Positions 37,106-46,476 of a stretch of DNA of 46,580 nucleotides are shown here, in pieces. The DNA is from an uncultured bacterium (GTDB lineage Bacteria > AUK180). Under the pieces are notes generated by a model, which searched no databases, was not told the DNA's origin, and worked only from the letters and a program-made list of their open reading frames with translations. A program made the translations under genes and the position numbers. The stretch covers positions 1-46,580 of the forward strand of contig CALMGJ010000017.1 in assembly GCA_937863565.1 (NCBI GenBank). The letters are read 5' to 3'. Within the stretch, counting starts at the first letter, position 1. Each line of letters opens with the position of its first letter.

Positions 37106-37279
37106 TTACACCAGAGGATAAATGAACGGAAGCAAGGGGGATATCGAAGCGGCAATGGCGAGCAGCCCGAACAGCAGAACGAAGAGCATAAGAGGGATGA
37201 GCCACCACTTCTTTCTAACAAAAAGAAATTCCATGAACTCCAAAAACAGGGAAAGATTCTCAGAAACCCTTTTAAACAT
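37106..37279 (-). CDS. DUF5989 family small membrane protein
   Basis: EFMEFLFVRKKWWLIPLM...LLPFIYPLV; SD AGGTG before ATG 37279. Confidence 0.85.
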   Translation of the reverse strand: MFKRVSENLSLFLEFMEFLFVRKKWWLIPLMLFVLLFGLLAIAASISPLLPFIYPLV

Positions 37280-37315
37280 ACTTATCACCTAATAATTATT
37301 ACTAAATAGACATTA

Positions 37316-38683
37316 TTACAGAACATTGTTTATTCTCTTGTAGACAACCCTTGCGGCGTCCTCATTCGGCGCTTCAACCTGTACGCGAAGGATCGGTTCC
37401 GTGTTCGATTCTCTTATAAGGAACCAGAAATCACTTGGGGTACCGTTGCCCAATTCCCTTTCTCTGTAGTATATCCCGTCATCGAAACGATATTTCCCCT
37501 TGAAGAACACCTCTTTAAGGCCAATGATGAAATCGTCGGAAAGTTTTTTATCACGGATCTTCGCTTTCAGCATATAATGGTCGGGGAAATTATCTATTGT
37601 TTTATCCAGGCTTTTCTCCGAAGAAGCCATTGTATTGAGGATCAGGATCATTCCGGCATATGAATCCCTTCCGATATGGAACGGGGAGAAGATAACACCG
37701 CCGTTCCCCTCGCCGCCGATGATCGAATGTTCCTTTTTCATCATAGCGGCAACATGTGCTTCTCCGACCGGAGTCCGGATGATCTTTGCCCTTTTTCCGA
37801 TAATAAAATCATTCAAAGAGGAGGTTGCAATATTGATCACAACCGGAGAATCGATGAACTTAAGAATGCCTTTTACTGCCAAAGGTAAGGTGATCTCCTC
37901 CGAGTGGAAAAGCCTTTGCGGGGTTAGTATTCCCAGTCTGTCGGCATCAGGGTCCTGAACGAATGCGATATCAAACTCGAATGAACCTAATTCAGTTTCC
38001 AGATCGATGAGATTCTCCTTGACCGGTTCCGGTTTTCTGGGAAAAGCGCCTTCGGGGTCGTGGTTAAGGTAACGAACGCTTTTTATACCGAGTTTCTCGA
38101 AAAAGATCTGATTTACCACGCTTCCCGCACCGCATACCGCGTCAACGGCCACTTTGAAGTCCCTCTCCCTTATCTTCTCAAGATCGATGTACGGTTTAAA
38201 AGCGTTCAGAGCGGAGTCAACGAAGATCTCCTTCCACCCGGGGATCCCGGAAAGTTTCCCGACCTTGTTCCAGGAAGCGTATTTAAACGATTTATTCACA
38301 TAGATATTATAGATCTTGTTTGCATCTTCATTGTCAATGAAAAGCCCTTCTTTTTTAAGAAGCTTCAAGGCATTGTATTCGATATCGTTGTGCGATGCAG
38401 AGATTATTATCCCTCCGTCCGCCTCAAGATGTTTAACCATGAAAGCAACTGCCGGTGTCGGGGCGATGCCAAGATCGATCACGCTGCACCCGGAGGCGCA
38501 GAGGGCAGATACAGCAATGTCTTTGACGATCCTTCCGTGAGGCCTTGTATCGGACCCTATAACGATCCTTCCACCCTCACCGATAAAAGTGCCGAAAGCC
38601 AGCGCCATATTCAGAATGACATCCGGATTAAGGCCGTCATTTAAAATGCCGCGTACGCCCGAAACGGTTATTTTAAGCCCCAT
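37316..38683 (-). CDS. Phosphoglucosamine mutase/phosphomannomutase (alpha-D-phosphohexomutase)
   Basis: SGVRG, ISASHN phosphoserine loop, DPDADR metal loop, GGEGNGG, RESNTEPILR. Confidence 0.92.
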   Translation of the reverse strand: MGLKITVSGVRGILNDGLNPDVILNMALAFGTFIGEGGRIVIGSDTRPHGRIVKDIAVSALCASGCSVIDLGIAPTPAVAFMVKHLEADGGIIISASHNDIEYNALKLLKKEGLFIDNEDANKIYNIYVNKSFKYASWNKVGKLSGIPGWKEIFVDSALNAFKPYIDLEKIRERDFKVAVDAVCGAGSVVNQIFFEKLGIKSVRYLNHDPEGAFPRKPEPVKENLIDLETELGSFEFDIAFVQDPDADRLGILTPQRLFHSEEITLPLAVKGILKFIDSPVVINIATSSLNDFIIGKRAKIIRTPVGEAHVAAMMKKEHSIIGGEGNGGVIFSPFHIGRDSYAGMILILNTMASSEKSLDKTIDNFPDHYMLKAKIRDKKLSDDFIIGLKEVFFKGKYRFDDGIYYRERELGNGTPSDFWFLIRESNTEPILRVQVEAPNEDAARVVYKRINNVL

Positions 38684-38960
38684 TTTCTTCTCCTGCGATC
38701 TTTTTATATTCGTCCAGAACGATCCTTCTCATATATTTCGAGTACTCGGGATCATTTATCTTTATGAACTCGAAAAGTTCGTTGCTGATGACTTTGGACG
38801 GGAAATGAAGGAAAAATCCCTCATGCTTTGTTTTTATTATTGTTATACCCCTCAGTAGGACAGCATCCCCTAAAGTTATATCGGCATAAGCCACAATACT
38901 GTAATCGCCTTTATCTATTTTGTAGGGGAATATTTTAACAGAGGAGATCTCAGGGTTCAT
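38673..38960 (-). CDS. spoVG: SpoVG-family nucleic-acid-binding protein
   Basis: EISSVKI, AYADITLGDAVLLRGITII, GFFLHFPSK, IVLDEY. Confidence 0.7.
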   Translation of the reverse strand: MNPEISSVKIFPYKIDKGDYSIVAYADITLGDAVLLRGITIIKTKHEGFFLHFPSKVISNELFEFIKINDPEYSKYMRRIVLDEYKKIAGEENGA

Positions 38961-38971
38961 CGCGCTCCCGT

Positions 38972-39457
38972 TCAGCTCCTCGTGTTCAGCGTCATTGATA
39001 TCTCCACGGCAACATTAAGCGGGAGTGAAGAAGCTCCGATGGCCACTCTTGAAGGGAAATTATCCTGGGGTATGACCGAAGCCAGAAGTTCGCTTGCGCC
39101 GTCCAATACCTGATGAGGCCAAATAAAATCTGCAGAGGCATTCACATAGCCCACGATCTGAACGATACTTTTAATATAATCAAGACTTCCGAAATGCTCC
39201 TTGATCTGTGCAAGTGCCGTGAGCGCCGCCGCCCGGGCGGCTTCCTTTCCGAATTCAATATCTTCTTTTTTAGTCAGTTTGCCTACGATAAGCTCTCCCC
39301 CGGATTTGAATGGAAGCTGGCCCGAAAGAAAGATCAGGCCGGGTTCCTTTAAATGGATCAGCGGCGAGTATTTACCAACAGGTTTTCCCACGCGGGGAAG
39401 AACAAGACCAAGCAACTGTATTTTTTTATCTATAGACACTCTGCTCTCCTTTACCAA
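38972..39457 (-). CDS. RidA/YjgF (YER057c/UK114) family protein
   Basis: IFLSGQLP, IVGYVNAS.DF..PHQVLDGASELL, SRVAIGASSLPLNVAVEI. Confidence 0.88.
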   Translation of the reverse strand: MVKESRVSIDKKIQLLGLVLPRVGKPVGKYSPLIHLKEPGLIFLSGQLPFKSGGELIVGKLTKKEDIEFGKEAARAAALTALAQIKEHFGSLDYIKSIVQIVGYVNASADFIWPHQVLDGASELLASVIPQDNFPSRVAIGASSLPLNVAVEISMTLNTRS

Positions 39458-40158
39458 TCCTTCTTTTTCTTGAAAAACCCTTCTTCATCAAAACGCTCCA
39501 CGATCTTATCCGGATCCTGAGAAACATTTCCGAAATAAGTGCTCCTGTATTTCTTTTCCGTATCATCCACTCTCTTCAGGTATTTACGTTCAGCATTGTC
39601 TAAAGCACCCCCCTCATTAGGCTCCCGGCCGCTGCCCTCCTTTCCGGGAAGTTCCTCCCCGTTCTTTTCTTTCTCTCCGCCGGGTCTTTCTGCATTTTCT
39701 CCTTCCCTGCCGGCATCGTTCTTCTCATTGCCGACCGCGCCGCCGCTTTCAACATCTTCCCCGGAGGGGTCTTGCTTAACGTTCTTTTGTTCCAGCATCT
39801 TCTTGGCAAGTTCAAGATTAAAACGCGCATCTTTATCATAGGGCTTGATATTCAATGCGTTCTCATAACTCTGCACCGCACTTTTATAGTCACCCTTTGA
39901 AAAGTAAGCATTTCCGGCATTAAAATGAGATTTGAATCTGATCCTGTCCGATGCGCCGGCAGAAGAGAGTATCTTGTCGAAATAAGCAAGAGCTCTGTCG
40001 TAATCGCCAAGTTTATAGCAGGCGCATCCGGCATTGTAAGCGGAGCGGAACGAGTCGCTTCTTCCGTAATGCTCAAGAGCCCCGGTATAATCACCTTTCC
40101 GGTAAAGGTCATTACCCCAAAAAAGACCGGTTAAAAAAAGAAGAACGCTCATGCTCAC
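39451..40158 (-). CDS. TPR protein with a charged low-complexity tail (BatC-like)
   Basis: GNDLYRKGDYTGALEHY, YNAGCACYKLGDY, FNAGNAYFSKGDYKSAVQSYENAL..PYDKDARFNLELA; E/G/K-rich tail ending KKDW. Confidence 0.8.
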   Translation of the reverse strand: MSMSVLLFLTGLFWGNDLYRKGDYTGALEHYGRSDSFRSAYNAGCACYKLGDYDRALAYFDKILSSAGASDRIRFKSHFNAGNAYFSKGDYKSAVQSYENALNIKPYDKDARFNLELAKKMLEQKNVKQDPSGEDVESGGAVGNEKNDAGREGENAERPGGEKEKNGEELPGKEGSGREPNEGGALDNAERKYLKRVDDTEKKYRSTYFGNVSQDPDKIVERFDEEGFFKKKKDW

Positions 40159-41369
40159 AATGCAAGCCCCCTGTTCATAATATTGTCAGGATCGAACAAA
40201 CTCTTGATCTTCCTGATATAAGGCAATTTCCCAGCAAGGGCTTTTCTCATAATAGCTTTACTTCCGGGCCCGTAGCCGTGCTCACCTGAGAACGCTCCGC
40301 GCTTTTTAGCTATAAAATTATAAACCGTTTCGACATTTTTTTCAATATTTACGGCCTTCTCATCATAAAGAAAACTGGTATGGAAGATGCCGTCGGTAAA
40401 ATGGCCGTAATAAAGGGCCAGAAAATGCTTTGTGCACATGCCTTTAAGTAAAGCATCGAATTCGGGGAGAGCCTCGATATCGAAAGAAAGATCAAAACTC
40501 TTTTTATAAGGCATGACAGAAGAAAGCATGGGAGACACGGAACTCCGGTCGAATTTTAAATGAGAACGCCCCGGGAACAGGGAGGAATCGGCATGTATTT
40601 CTATGTAATAATAATTACTATTTAATAATAATGTTGATATAGTATCATTAACTATTTCAAACCTTACCGGGTGAATTCCCTTGCGCCTCATTTTAAAAAA
40701 AAGATCGAATATTGGTCCCAACTGCCTGAACCTGAAGATATATTCATAGATCCTTGCCGGTTTCGGGATAACGCCGAATTCGGTCTCGCAAATTATTCCG
40801 AGAAGGCCGAGGGAACCGATGAACAGGTTCTTTATATCTATCCCTTGAGAATATCTGTGGCAATGGGCTCCGATATTAAGGTCCTCGCCTTTTCCCGTAA
40901 TGACCCTTAGGGATTTGAGGTAATTGGAAATGCCTCCAAAGCGGCCGGCCTCAAAACCGGAGGCATTAGTAGAAATATTACCTCCAATAGAAGAGAATTT
41001 ATAAGATGCAGGGAAAACAGGGAGAAAGAGCGAGTGCTCATTGAGGTAATCATTGATCCTTGCAGCGGAGATCCCGGCTTCGGTTCGAATAAGGCCTGCC
41101 ACATAGGAAAAATTCAAAATGCGATCCATTTTTTCGGTTGATAGCATGATGCCTTTCCCGGTGGGGGATCCTGCGCCGGTAAGGGACGTGCCTGCACCTT
41201 TAATATAGATGGGGGTGCCGCGCTTTCTGCAATAGCGGACGATCCCGGCGATCTCCTCCGGGGTTCGCGGAAAAACAATATTGGTCAGATTTTGCCTCTT
41301 TGAAGCATTCCTTGACGCATCGGAAGAATAAACGATACGATAAAGTAAATCCAAGCTCATATTATTCAT
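40155..41369 (-). CDS. FAD-binding oxidoreductase (GlcD/D-lactate dehydrogenase-like)
   Basis: KGAGTSLTG, SIGGNISTNASG, FIGSLGLLGII, SGEHGYG, IKSLFDPDNIMNRG. Confidence 0.85.
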   Translation of the reverse strand: MNNMSLDLLYRIVYSSDASRNASKRQNLTNIVFPRTPEEIAGIVRYCRKRGTPIYIKGAGTSLTGAGSPTGKGIMLSTEKMDRILNFSYVAGLIRTEAGISAARINDYLNEHSLFLPVFPASYKFSSIGGNISTNASGFEAGRFGGISNYLKSLRVITGKGEDLNIGAHCHRYSQGIDIKNLFIGSLGLLGIICETEFGVIPKPARIYEYIFRFRQLGPIFDLFFKMRRKGIHPVRFEIVNDTISTLLLNSNYYYIEIHADSSLFPGRSHLKFDRSSVSPMLSSVMPYKKSFDLSFDIEALPEFDALLKGMCTKHFLALYYGHFTDGIFHTSFLYDEKAVNIEKNVETVYNFIAKKRGAFSGEHGYGPGSKAIMRKALAGKLPYIRKIKSLFDPDNIMNRGLAL

Positions 41370-41405
41370 AATAATTACTATTTAATAAATATTGCTAAAT
41401 AAATA

Positions 41406-42110
41406 TTATTTTAATTCAGAAAGAAGTTTCTCTCCATCCTTTTTATCTCTTGCTTCCTGGATGCGGTCTTTGGGAAAATCGCCGTTTATCAGATGTTCAA
41501 GCACTTCCCTGGCCTTCTCTTTTTCTTTTACCTTGATGAGTGTTTCTGCAAATTCGTAAAAATGAAGAGAATAGGTCGGGCGCAACTCACAGGCTTTCGC
41601 GAGATACTCCCTGGATCTTTTATTGTCGCCGCCGGCAAAACCGGGCAACTTCCTTAAAAGAACACCTAAGATATGATGAGCTCCGGGGTGGTTCGGATCG
41701 ATGCTTATGATCTTCTCGCAGAGTTCTCTGATAGGTTTAGCCAATGCAAGAGATTTTAACACCCCTTTGACAAGGCCGATCTTGCCGAGGATAGCGGCAA
41801 GATAATACATTCCCTCGGTATGGACGGGGTCGTTTGCAAGAAGCAGATCGGCATATTTGCGGCCCTCTTCGAAGGCAGCAAGCTTATCCCTATCCTTTTG
41901 CTTTTCTATTCCGTAGTAATAATAGAGCTTTGTGAGATAGAAAAGGTCTGTATCACTTTTCGTCTCTTTATTTGTCAGGATCTCGATTTGGGCATAAATG
42001 CCGGCATTGTCGTCCCATTTAATGATGGCGTCTTCAACGGCGCTATAATCATCTGCGGCCGCTATCACTACAGCGGCAAAGAGCAGAAACATCGGAAAAA
42101 GCTTCTTCAT
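41406..42110 (-). CDS. Exported TPR protein (TatT/RMDN-like)
   Basis: Signal peptide; GVLKSL, IDPNHPGAHHILGVLLRKLPGFAGGD; SD AGGAGG. Confidence 0.7.
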   Translation of the reverse strand: MKKLFPMFLLFAAVVIAAADDYSAVEDAIIKWDDNAGIYAQIEILTNKETKSDTDLFYLTKLYYYYGIEKQKDRDKLAAFEEGRKYADLLLANDPVHTEGMYYLAAILGKIGLVKGVLKSLALAKPIRELCEKIISIDPNHPGAHHILGVLLRKLPGFAGGDNKRSREYLAKACELRPTYSLHFYEFAETLIKVKEKEKAREVLEHLINGDFPKDRIQEARDKKDGEKLLSELK

Positions 42111-42120
42111 ATGACCTCCT

Positions 42121-43449
42121 CTATAGATGTATCATTTTCCCTTTTAATCCCAGCAGTGCCTCGTAAACGGCTTCCGAGTAAGAAGGATGCGGGAACATGG
42201 TATTTCCAAGTATGTCTCCGGCCCTGGTCTTTTTAGAGATCAAATACCCGAAGGGCCAAATAAGTTCCCCCGCACCCTCGCCTATGATATGCGCCCCGGC
42301 GATCTTTCCGCCGCTTGAAATGATCTTGACGAAGCCTTTTAACTTATTGGAACAATTAGAACGCGGATTGGCCGAGAAAGGAAATCTCGAAATGATGATC
42401 TTTTCTCCCGTTTTAGCCGCTTCTTCCTCAGTAAGACCGATGGAGGCAGCTTCAAGATATGTATAGATCACCGAGGGGACGATAGCATGTATCCTGTCCT
42501 TTCCCAGGATATGGTTCACGGCATTCAATCCGTCATGTGATGCTTTATGAGCAAGCATCGGGCCTTCGACCATGTCTCCGACCGCATAGATGCCGGGAAT
42601 ATTTGTCATAAGATTCCCGTCGACCTTGATCCTGCCGGCCTCTTTAATAATACCAGCATTGGTCACATCTTCCGGAATATTCGCTTTTCTTCCGGTTGAA
42701 ACAAGTATCGCATCGGCCTCATAAACAGCATCTTTTGTATAAAGTTTACCGTTTTCAATCCTCACGATCGCAGTTGAAAGGTGCATTTCTATCCCGGAAC
42801 CTTTGAGGGACTTTTCCAGTTCGTTTGCGACCTCAATATCCAATGAGGCGCCGCCTATTCTCGGAAGGATATCGAAAATGATTACTTCAGCTCCAAGTCT
42901 TCGGTAGATAGTGGCCATTTCCACACCGATCACGCCCCCGCCGATTATAAGAAGTTTTTTAGGAATGAACGGCAGCTCCAACGCTTCATCCGATGTCCAA
43001 ACAGGCGCATCACCCTGTATAAAGGAAGGCAGCGAGGGGACGGAACCATGTGCAAGTATGATATTATCGGCCTGAAAAGATTCTCCGCCGATAACCAACT
43101 CCTTTGATCCCTTCAAAAGAGCTTCTCCCCGGATGGTCTTCACATTGTTCTTTTTTAAAAGGCCGTCAATGCCCTTTACCGATCTTAAGACCGCCGAATC
43201 CTTCCATGCTTTTAGTTTGTCCCTGTTGAAAGTGATGGCTGCACCCTCTATGCCGAGTCTGCCGTAATTGATCTCTCTATAATTCGTGGCGTATAACAGG
43301 GCTTTTGTCGGGATACAACCGCGATTCAGGCAAGTACCGCCAAAGGAATCTTTTTCGGCCAGCGTTACATCAAGGCCCTCTTGTGCCGCATAAACAGCAG
43401 CTACATAACCTGCCGGGCCTCCGCCTATGATGAAAAGTTTCTTACCCAT
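42121..43449 (-). CDS. lpdA: Dihydrolipoyl dehydrogenase
   Basis: IGGGPAGYVAA, GGTCLNRGCIPTK redox cysteines, IIGGGVIGVE, GPMLAHKA, HPSYSE. Confidence 0.92.
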   Translation of the reverse strand: MGKKLFIIGGGPAGYVAAVYAAQEGLDVTLAEKDSFGGTCLNRGCIPTKALLYATNYREINYGRLGIEGAAITFNRDKLKAWKDSAVLRSVKGIDGLLKKNNVKTIRGEALLKGSKELVIGGESFQADNIILAHGSVPSLPSFIQGDAPVWTSDEALELPFIPKKLLIIGGGVIGVEMATIYRRLGAEVIIFDILPRIGGASLDIEVANELEKSLKGSGIEMHLSTAIVRIENGKLYTKDAVYEADAILVSTGRKANIPEDVTNAGIIKEAGRIKVDGNLMTNIPGIYAVGDMVEGPMLAHKASHDGLNAVNHILGKDRIHAIVPSVIYTYLEAASIGLTEEEAAKTGEKIIISRFPFSANPRSNCSNKLKGFVKIISSGGKIAGAHIIGEGAGELIWPFGYLISKKTRAGDILGNTMFPHPSYSEAVYEALLGLKGKMIHL

Positions 43450-44815
43450 TCATATACTTCCCGATCCTTTTCAGCGTTTCTTCCCTGCCAAGGATCTCCA
43501 TTGATTCGAAAACACCGGGAGAGACCTTCTTCCCGCTTATTGCAAGCCTGATAAACTGAGCGAGCACTTTGAGCTTGATCCCGTTCTTCAGAGCAAAGTC
43601 ACGTGCTGCAGCCTCAAGGCCGGTGCTTTTGAATTGAGCCGATTCGAGGAGCATCATTAATTCAGCCGCTTTCTCAAAGGGAACGGCTTCATCATATGTG
43701 TCCGGAACGCGGAAAAAGAATAAAATATATGAACGGATCTCCTCAAGTGTTTTTCCGCGTGTTCCGAGTATAGGAATGATCTTCTCAAGAAGCGCTCTAT
43801 CAAGGGTCTCTCCGTAGAATTCGCTGCAGAATTCAGAGATAAGGCCGGCTTTTTCATTCTCCTCAACCCGGAAAAGGTATTCCCCGTTAAACCAGATCAG
43901 TTTTTCCATATCGAATCTTGCCGCGTTCTTAGACACTTTGGAAAGGTCGAAATGTTCGATCAGATAGGCTATATCGAATATCTCCGTATTATCACCCGGA
44001 TTCCAGCCGAGAAGAGAAAGGTAGTTTATGATCGCTTCCTTCAAATATCCCATTCTCTTATACTCTATCAAGGCGGTCGCCCCATGCCTTTTTGAAAGCC
44101 GGGTGCCGTCAGGTCCGTTGATGAGAGGTATATGGGCAAATTCCGGTACCTCCCAACCCAGTGCATTGTATAGAATTATCTGCTTGAAAGTGTTTGTAAC
44201 ATGATCTTCGCCGCGGATAACATGGGAAATATTGAGAAGGTAATCATCGATAACGCACGCATAACTGTATGTTGGCGTTCCGTCGGACTTCATTATTATA
44301 AAATCATCGAACTCACGGGTGTTTACAGTGACCATACCGCGGATCGCGTCATTATATGACACATCCTCGCTTTCGGGACATACGACCCTTATCGCCTGCG
44401 CCTCTCTGGCCAGCTCGGCATCCTTGCCGAGGTTCTCGCGGCATTTTCCGTCGTATTTGAATCCCCCGGAGGAGGTCTTGACCGCTTTCTGTTTCTCGAT
44501 GTCCTCCTTCGTGCAGTAGCAGTAGTATGCTTTTCCGTTCCTTACCATCTCCTCGGCGTATTTTTTATAAAGGTCAAGCCGTTCGCTCTGAAAATACGGA
44601 CCCTCATACGGCGTTAAGCCAAGCCAGTCTAGCGAAGCCAGGATAGACCTTGTGTATTCATTCTTTGAGCGGTTAAGGTCCGTGTCCTCTACTCTTAATA
44701 CGAAATCGCCCCCGTGCTTCATGGCGAAAATATAATTGAAGAGCGCCGTTCTAACCCCGCCTATGTGTAAATGCCCTGTCGGGGAAGGCGCAAATCTTAC
44801 GCGTACTCTTTTCAT
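43442..44815 (-). CDS. gltX: Glutamate--tRNA ligase
   Basis: RFAPSPTGHLHIGG, RVEDTD, HVIRGEDH, RLSKRHG, SPGVFE. Confidence 0.97.
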   Translation of the reverse strand: MKRVRVRFAPSPTGHLHIGGVRTALFNYIFAMKHGGDFVLRVEDTDLNRSKNEYTRSILASLDWLGLTPYEGPYFQSERLDLYKKYAEEMVRNGKAYYCYCTKEDIEKQKAVKTSSGGFKYDGKCRENLGKDAELAREAQAIRVVCPESEDVSYNDAIRGMVTVNTREFDDFIIMKSDGTPTYSYACVIDDYLLNISHVIRGEDHVTNTFKQIILYNALGWEVPEFAHIPLINGPDGTRLSKRHGATALIEYKRMGYLKEAIINYLSLLGWNPGDNTEIFDIAYLIEHFDLSKVSKNAARFDMEKLIWFNGEYLFRVEENEKAGLISEFCSEFYGETLDRALLEKIIPILGTRGKTLEEIRSYILFFFRVPDTYDEAVPFEKAAELMMLLESAQFKSTGLEAAARDFALKNGIKLKVLAQFIRLAISGKKVSPGVFESMEILGREETLKRIGKYMNG

Positions 44816-45315
44816 TTCAATTCATCCCCGGAGAAGATATCGAAAATGAAAATAGACCCGTCCGATGTATCCCACATTGCTGCCGAGGAAATGCCCGTAA
44901 GAAGACCTCCCGCCTCCCCGGGGTTGAGAACCGCCGCACTGCCGTTTTTCCGGATCTCCTTCCTGTGTGTGTGGCCGTAAGCAAGAAGATCATATTCACC
45001 GCTTTTTAGAAAGACCTCAAGGAATTCGGGTTCATGCATGCATATGATCTTCTTTCCGTTCAATGAGAACTCGTGCGGTGTAGTGAAAAGTTCGGCATAA
45101 TCGAAACGCTTCCTCAAGTAAGCTTTATCTCCGTCATTATTCCCGAAGATGATCTTTAAAGGTGCCTTGAGGGGTTTGAAATGATCGGCCATTATCGGAG
45201 AACAGATGTCCCCTAAATGGATCACCAGATCAGGGGACATATTATTGAACCGCTCTACCGCGGCAGCGATGTTTTTCGTCTGTTCATGAGTGTCAGAAAT
45301 AAAACCGATCTTCAT
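44812..45315 (-). CDS. YfcE/MJ0936-family metallophosphoesterase
   Basis: ISDTH, HLGD, FGNNDGD, MHEP, YGHTH, LNPGE. Confidence 0.9.
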   Translation of the reverse strand: MKIGFISDTHEQTKNIAAAVERFNNMSPDLVIHLGDICSPIMADHFKPLKAPLKIIFGNNDGDKAYLRKRFDYAELFTTPHEFSLNGKKIICMHEPEFLEVFLKSGEYDLLAYGHTHRKEIRKNGSAAVLNPGEAGGLLTGISSAAMWDTSDGSIFIFDIFSGDELK

Positions 45316-45337
45316 CTAATACTACACCTCATTATAT

Positions 45338-45365
45338 ATTATAATTTAAAAGCATCTATTTTCAA
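45338..45365 (-). promoter_or_regulatory. Sigma70-type promoter heading the long minus-strand gene run
   Basis: Minus strand TTGAAA-16 bp-TATAAT, SD GAGGTG before ATG 45315. Confidence 0.55.
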
Positions 45366-45512
45366 AATCCATGCCACTTTTTAAGATCGTTTTTTACCCT
45401 CCCTTTTTTTCATTCATTGAATAGAGATTTGCTTTTAAAATTTAATATTGTAAAATGTTCCAGAAAAAAGCTGCATGAAGATCATTCACCTTGATGATCG
45501 GGAGCGCAAGAT

Positions 45513-46406
45513 ATGAAGAACCTTCCATTTATCGTGCATAAATACAGATTGTATGTAGATATCCTTCTCATTATTATCGGCGCGGGGCTCTCGGCCCTGG
45601 CCTATCCGATGTTCCTTATCCCTCTGAAAATAGTTCCCGGCGGCGTCTCAGGACTTTCGATAGTGATCCATCACCTCACCGGTTTTCCTGTCGGTCTTAC
45701 CGGTTTCGTGCTGAATATTCCTATCCTTATTGCCGGGTTCATCCTGATCGGAAAAGTGTTCGCATTAAGGACCATCATTGGCATGACGCTTTGTAATCTA
45801 TTGATAGATTTCTTTACGTATATCGTGAAAGTGCCCGCAGTAACGGATGATATGCTGCTCGGATCCATTTTCGGGGGCATACTCCTCGGTCTCGGATTGG
45901 GTATAATCTTTCTTGCCAATGCCTCGACCGGAGGATCGGACGTTATCGGACAGATCATAAGCAAATACTCAAATTTCACAGCAGGTATAGGTATAATGAT
46001 AACGGATTTTTTAGTGATATCTCTTTCCGGGATCGTCTTCAGGTCCTTTGAGCTGCCGCTTTACGGATATACATCGCTCATCATTTCGTCTACGCTCATA
46101 GACAGGGTGATGCAGGGCTCTGATTATGCAAGAGGGGTTTTCATCATAACGGAGAAAAAAGAACTTGTGAAGGAGTTCATTTTCATTTACCTTGAACGAG
46201 GGATCACAGAATTCCACGGAAGAACGGGTTTCTCCCAAAAGGAGACAGATATCGTATTTACGGCTATCGGCATGAAACAGCTGCCCATACTGAAACGGTA
46301 CGTCAAAAAGATCGATCCGGAAGCTTTCATAGTCGTGACCGATGTTTTCGAGATCATAGGGAAGGGATTCTCACAGAGGAATATCCTCAACAGTTCCAAG
46401 GTCTGA
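45513..46406 (+). CDS. YitT family membrane protein (C-terminal DUF2179)
   Basis: IVPGGVSGLS, LNIPIL, STGGSDV, RGIT, IDPEAFIVV.DV.EIIGKGF. Confidence 0.9.
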   Translation: MKNLPFIVHKYRLYVDILLIIIGAGLSALAYPMFLIPLKIVPGGVSGLSIVIHHLTGFPVGLTGFVLNIPILIAGFILIGKVFALRTIIGMTLCNLLIDFFTYIVKVPAVTDDMLLGSIFGGILLGLGLGIIFLANASTGGSDVIGQIISKYSNFTAGIGIMITDFLVISLSGIVFRSFELPLYGYTSLIISSTLIDRVMQGSDYARGVFIITEKKELVKEFIFIYLERGITEFHGRTGFSQKETDIVFTAIGMKQLPILKRYVKKIDPEAFIVVTDVFEIIGKGFSQRNILNSSKV

Positions 46407-46476
46407 AAAAGCATCGCAGGAAGATTAATCGCTCATTATCAGAACGGGAACGCAAAAGATCGATATCTGCTTTCGA

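Noticed and set aside
36898-37221. 107-aa ORF as given in the track
   Set aside because: Its N-terminal part overlaps DUF5989 in another frame; a GTG at 37104 directly after the DUF5989 stop gives a more plausible 68-aa SxtJ-like protein.
35217-37279. Saxitoxin or other toxin biosynthetic cluster (sxtI/J/K-like)
   Set aside because: No PKS, amidinotransferase or other sxt core genes are present; the trio is widespread outside toxin clusters.
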